Source: Prasinococcaceae sp. CCMP 1430
Taxonomy: Eukaryota; Plantae; Prasinodermophyta
Length of the DNA: 35,486 nt
Assembly (NCBI GenBank): GCA_013416795.1
Contig: RQSC01000004.1
Coordinates: 1 to 35,486, forward strand
Reading direction: 5' to 3'
Position numbers and translations under genes: made by a program. Positions 33,743-35,486 of this stretch are shown piece after piece. Each line of letters starts with the position of its first letter. Positions within the stretch are counted from its first letter, which is position 1. The notes below the pieces were generated by a model. That model had not been told where the DNA came from, did not search any database, and saw only the letters and a list, made by a program, of their open reading frames with translations.

Positions 33743-33980
33743 NNNNNNNNNNNNNNNNNNNNNNNNNNNNNNNNNNNNNNNNNNNNNNNNNNNNNNNNNN
33801 NNNNNNNNNNNNNNNNNNNNNNNNNNNNNNNNNNNNNNNNNNNNNNNNNNNNNNNNNNNNNNNNNNNNNNNNNNNNNNNNNNNNNNNNNNNNNNNNNNNN
33901 NNNNNNNNNNNNNNNNNNNNNNNNNNNNNNNNNNNNNNNNNNNNNNNNNNNNNNNNNNNNNNNNNNNNNNNNNNNNNNNN
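33743..33980. other. Assembly gap adjoining a C-rich run
   Basis: N run followed by CCCCTCCCCC. Confidence 1.
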
Positions 33981-35486
33981 CCCCTCCCCCTCCCCGAGCA
34001 CCGGCACGGCGCCGTCGCATCGCCGATCGCGCGATCTACGGCGCCCGAAGACGCACATGTCGCGCCAATAAAACCATACATTAAATGTCCATATTGCATC
34101 ATAAATACGCGCTTTGCGTTCTCAATTGGGCATCTTCCGTTGGCTACCTTGCGGGGCCGGGCCGGGGCCGCGCGCGCGCTTCCGGCCGCGCGGCCGGCGC
34201 CGCCGCGCGCCGAACCCAATCATTTCGTCGGTTCGACCGAGCGACCAAACTCGGGACGCACGCGAGACCCCACCTCCCCGCAGGCCGGTTTTCATCCGCC
34301 GCGGGAGCGGCTCGCGCGTCCGTTTCCGGCCCGTTTCCCGTCATCGTCAGCAGCGCGCAGGAAAACAAAGGCGGAAAAGGCTGCAAAAATAAAAATAAAA
34401 ATAAAAATAAAAAGAAAATAAAAACAAGGGCGGAAAAGGCTCGTATGAAAAAAAGCGGAGCGGTAGCCGATAGGTTAAGGTTCTGTGCGCACAGGACCGT
34501 ACGCTGCTATTCACAATATACTGTAGCGCTGCAGGTCATGATTAGGGTTAGAGGGTTTATATATGAGGTCAAATTGCGTTGGAGCCCGGCGCGTCGCGAC
34601 CGAAAAATAAATGCACGGTTCCACGCCATGCAGCGTGTGCACCGTCGTTTGCCCAACCTACCATCAGACACTACCATCTGATGGTAGATTACTACGCACT
34701 CTCCACGACGAGCTTTTTGAAGCTCCGCGTGCGTATGAAAGCCACTTGGAAGTACGGCCACAGCGAGCAAGCCCCATCCATAAACTGGCGCGACCCAGGC
34801 GAGGTGGATCCTGTCACCGCGCAGCCCCCGGACGCGCAGTGCGTTTCGATGCGCATCCGCAGAGAAATGGCCAGGCACGTACAGCACAAAACACCGTCTC
34901 TGCACGAGCAAGTTCATATGAAAGAAAATCGTAACACGTTGTCGTGCACGCTGCAGCATCATGCGTGGTCGGGCGGGCGCGCCGCCGCGCCACACCGTCT
35001 GCGGGCGGGGGCGCCTGAGTGTAGAGGGGGGTAGGAGCGGTGAGAACAGGGATGGTCCGGCGTGTGTGCCGAGGGTGATGGGAGGGGAAGGGGCGGGGGC
35101 GGCGGAGGAGCGTGTGTCAGCATGCAGCCAAGGGTGCTGAGACACCACATCACCGAGCCGAGCCGCGGCGCAGCGTCGTCGGACACCCGCAGGCAAAACA
35201 AAGCCGCAACACTGGCGTTGCTTTCGCAGCGGCCGCCGCCGCTCAGCCCGCCCACGGCCCGTGCGGGGTGCTCCTCGAGCGGCCCCCGTGGGACGCGCTA
35301 CGACCGTGAGGCCACCCCCGCCGCGAGCAGCGCCGGACGCGGTGCGGCACGCCGCGGCGTTGGTGGTGCATGCCCCGTCGCACATAGGGTTTGCTCGTGT
35401 TTTTCCCCCCTTTTGAGTTCGCGGACCCGCCGCGCTCCGGCGAGCGCACCCAGCGTGGCGCCGCCGGCCGCTGCGTCGCGCGTGCG

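Noticed and set aside
34455-34590. Possible tRNA gene starting GGAGCGGTAGCCGATAGGTTAAGG
   Set aside because: The start is A-box-like, but there is no canonical 7-nt anticodon loop, T-arm (GTTCRA) or acceptor-stem partner. It is kept only as part of a speculative ncRNA finding.
1-35486. Prokaryotic operon, defence system or intact mobile element
   Set aside because: Spliceosomal introns and eukaryote-specific genes occur throughout, and no transposase, reverse transcriptase, integrase, LTR or TIR pair was recognised.

Overview
A GC-rich eukaryotic nuclear scaffold window with four N-gaps and a few short GT-AG introns, not a prokaryotic locus. The gene content points to a green alga, plausibly an early-diverging prasinophyte-grade lineage (inference): RRA-like GT77, an AtPH1-like PH protein, a Chlamydomonas-like outer-arm dynein beta chain and TGTAA poly(A) signals. 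Genes in order: partial orphan (-); split-RING/TM protein (+); RNA Pol III subunit RPC3 (+); ~4550-aa axonemal dynein heavy chain (-), which needs a 32-nt intron to be intact; intronless proteobacterial-type citrate synthase (+); 100-aa orphan (+); tandem-GT77 arabinosyltransferase-like gene (-); SDR (+); PH-like/UIM/PH/UIM/WW adaptor (-); TPR protein (+); MANF/ARMET homologue lacking the CxxC motif (-). Lower-GC intergenic islands share recurring motifs (telo-box-like ATTAGGGT/AAACCCTA and AAAATGCAT/GCATTCGAA) and several palindromes. No rRNA, CRISPR array, canonical tRNA or intact mobile element was recognised. All family assignments come from recalled motifs, not database searches.
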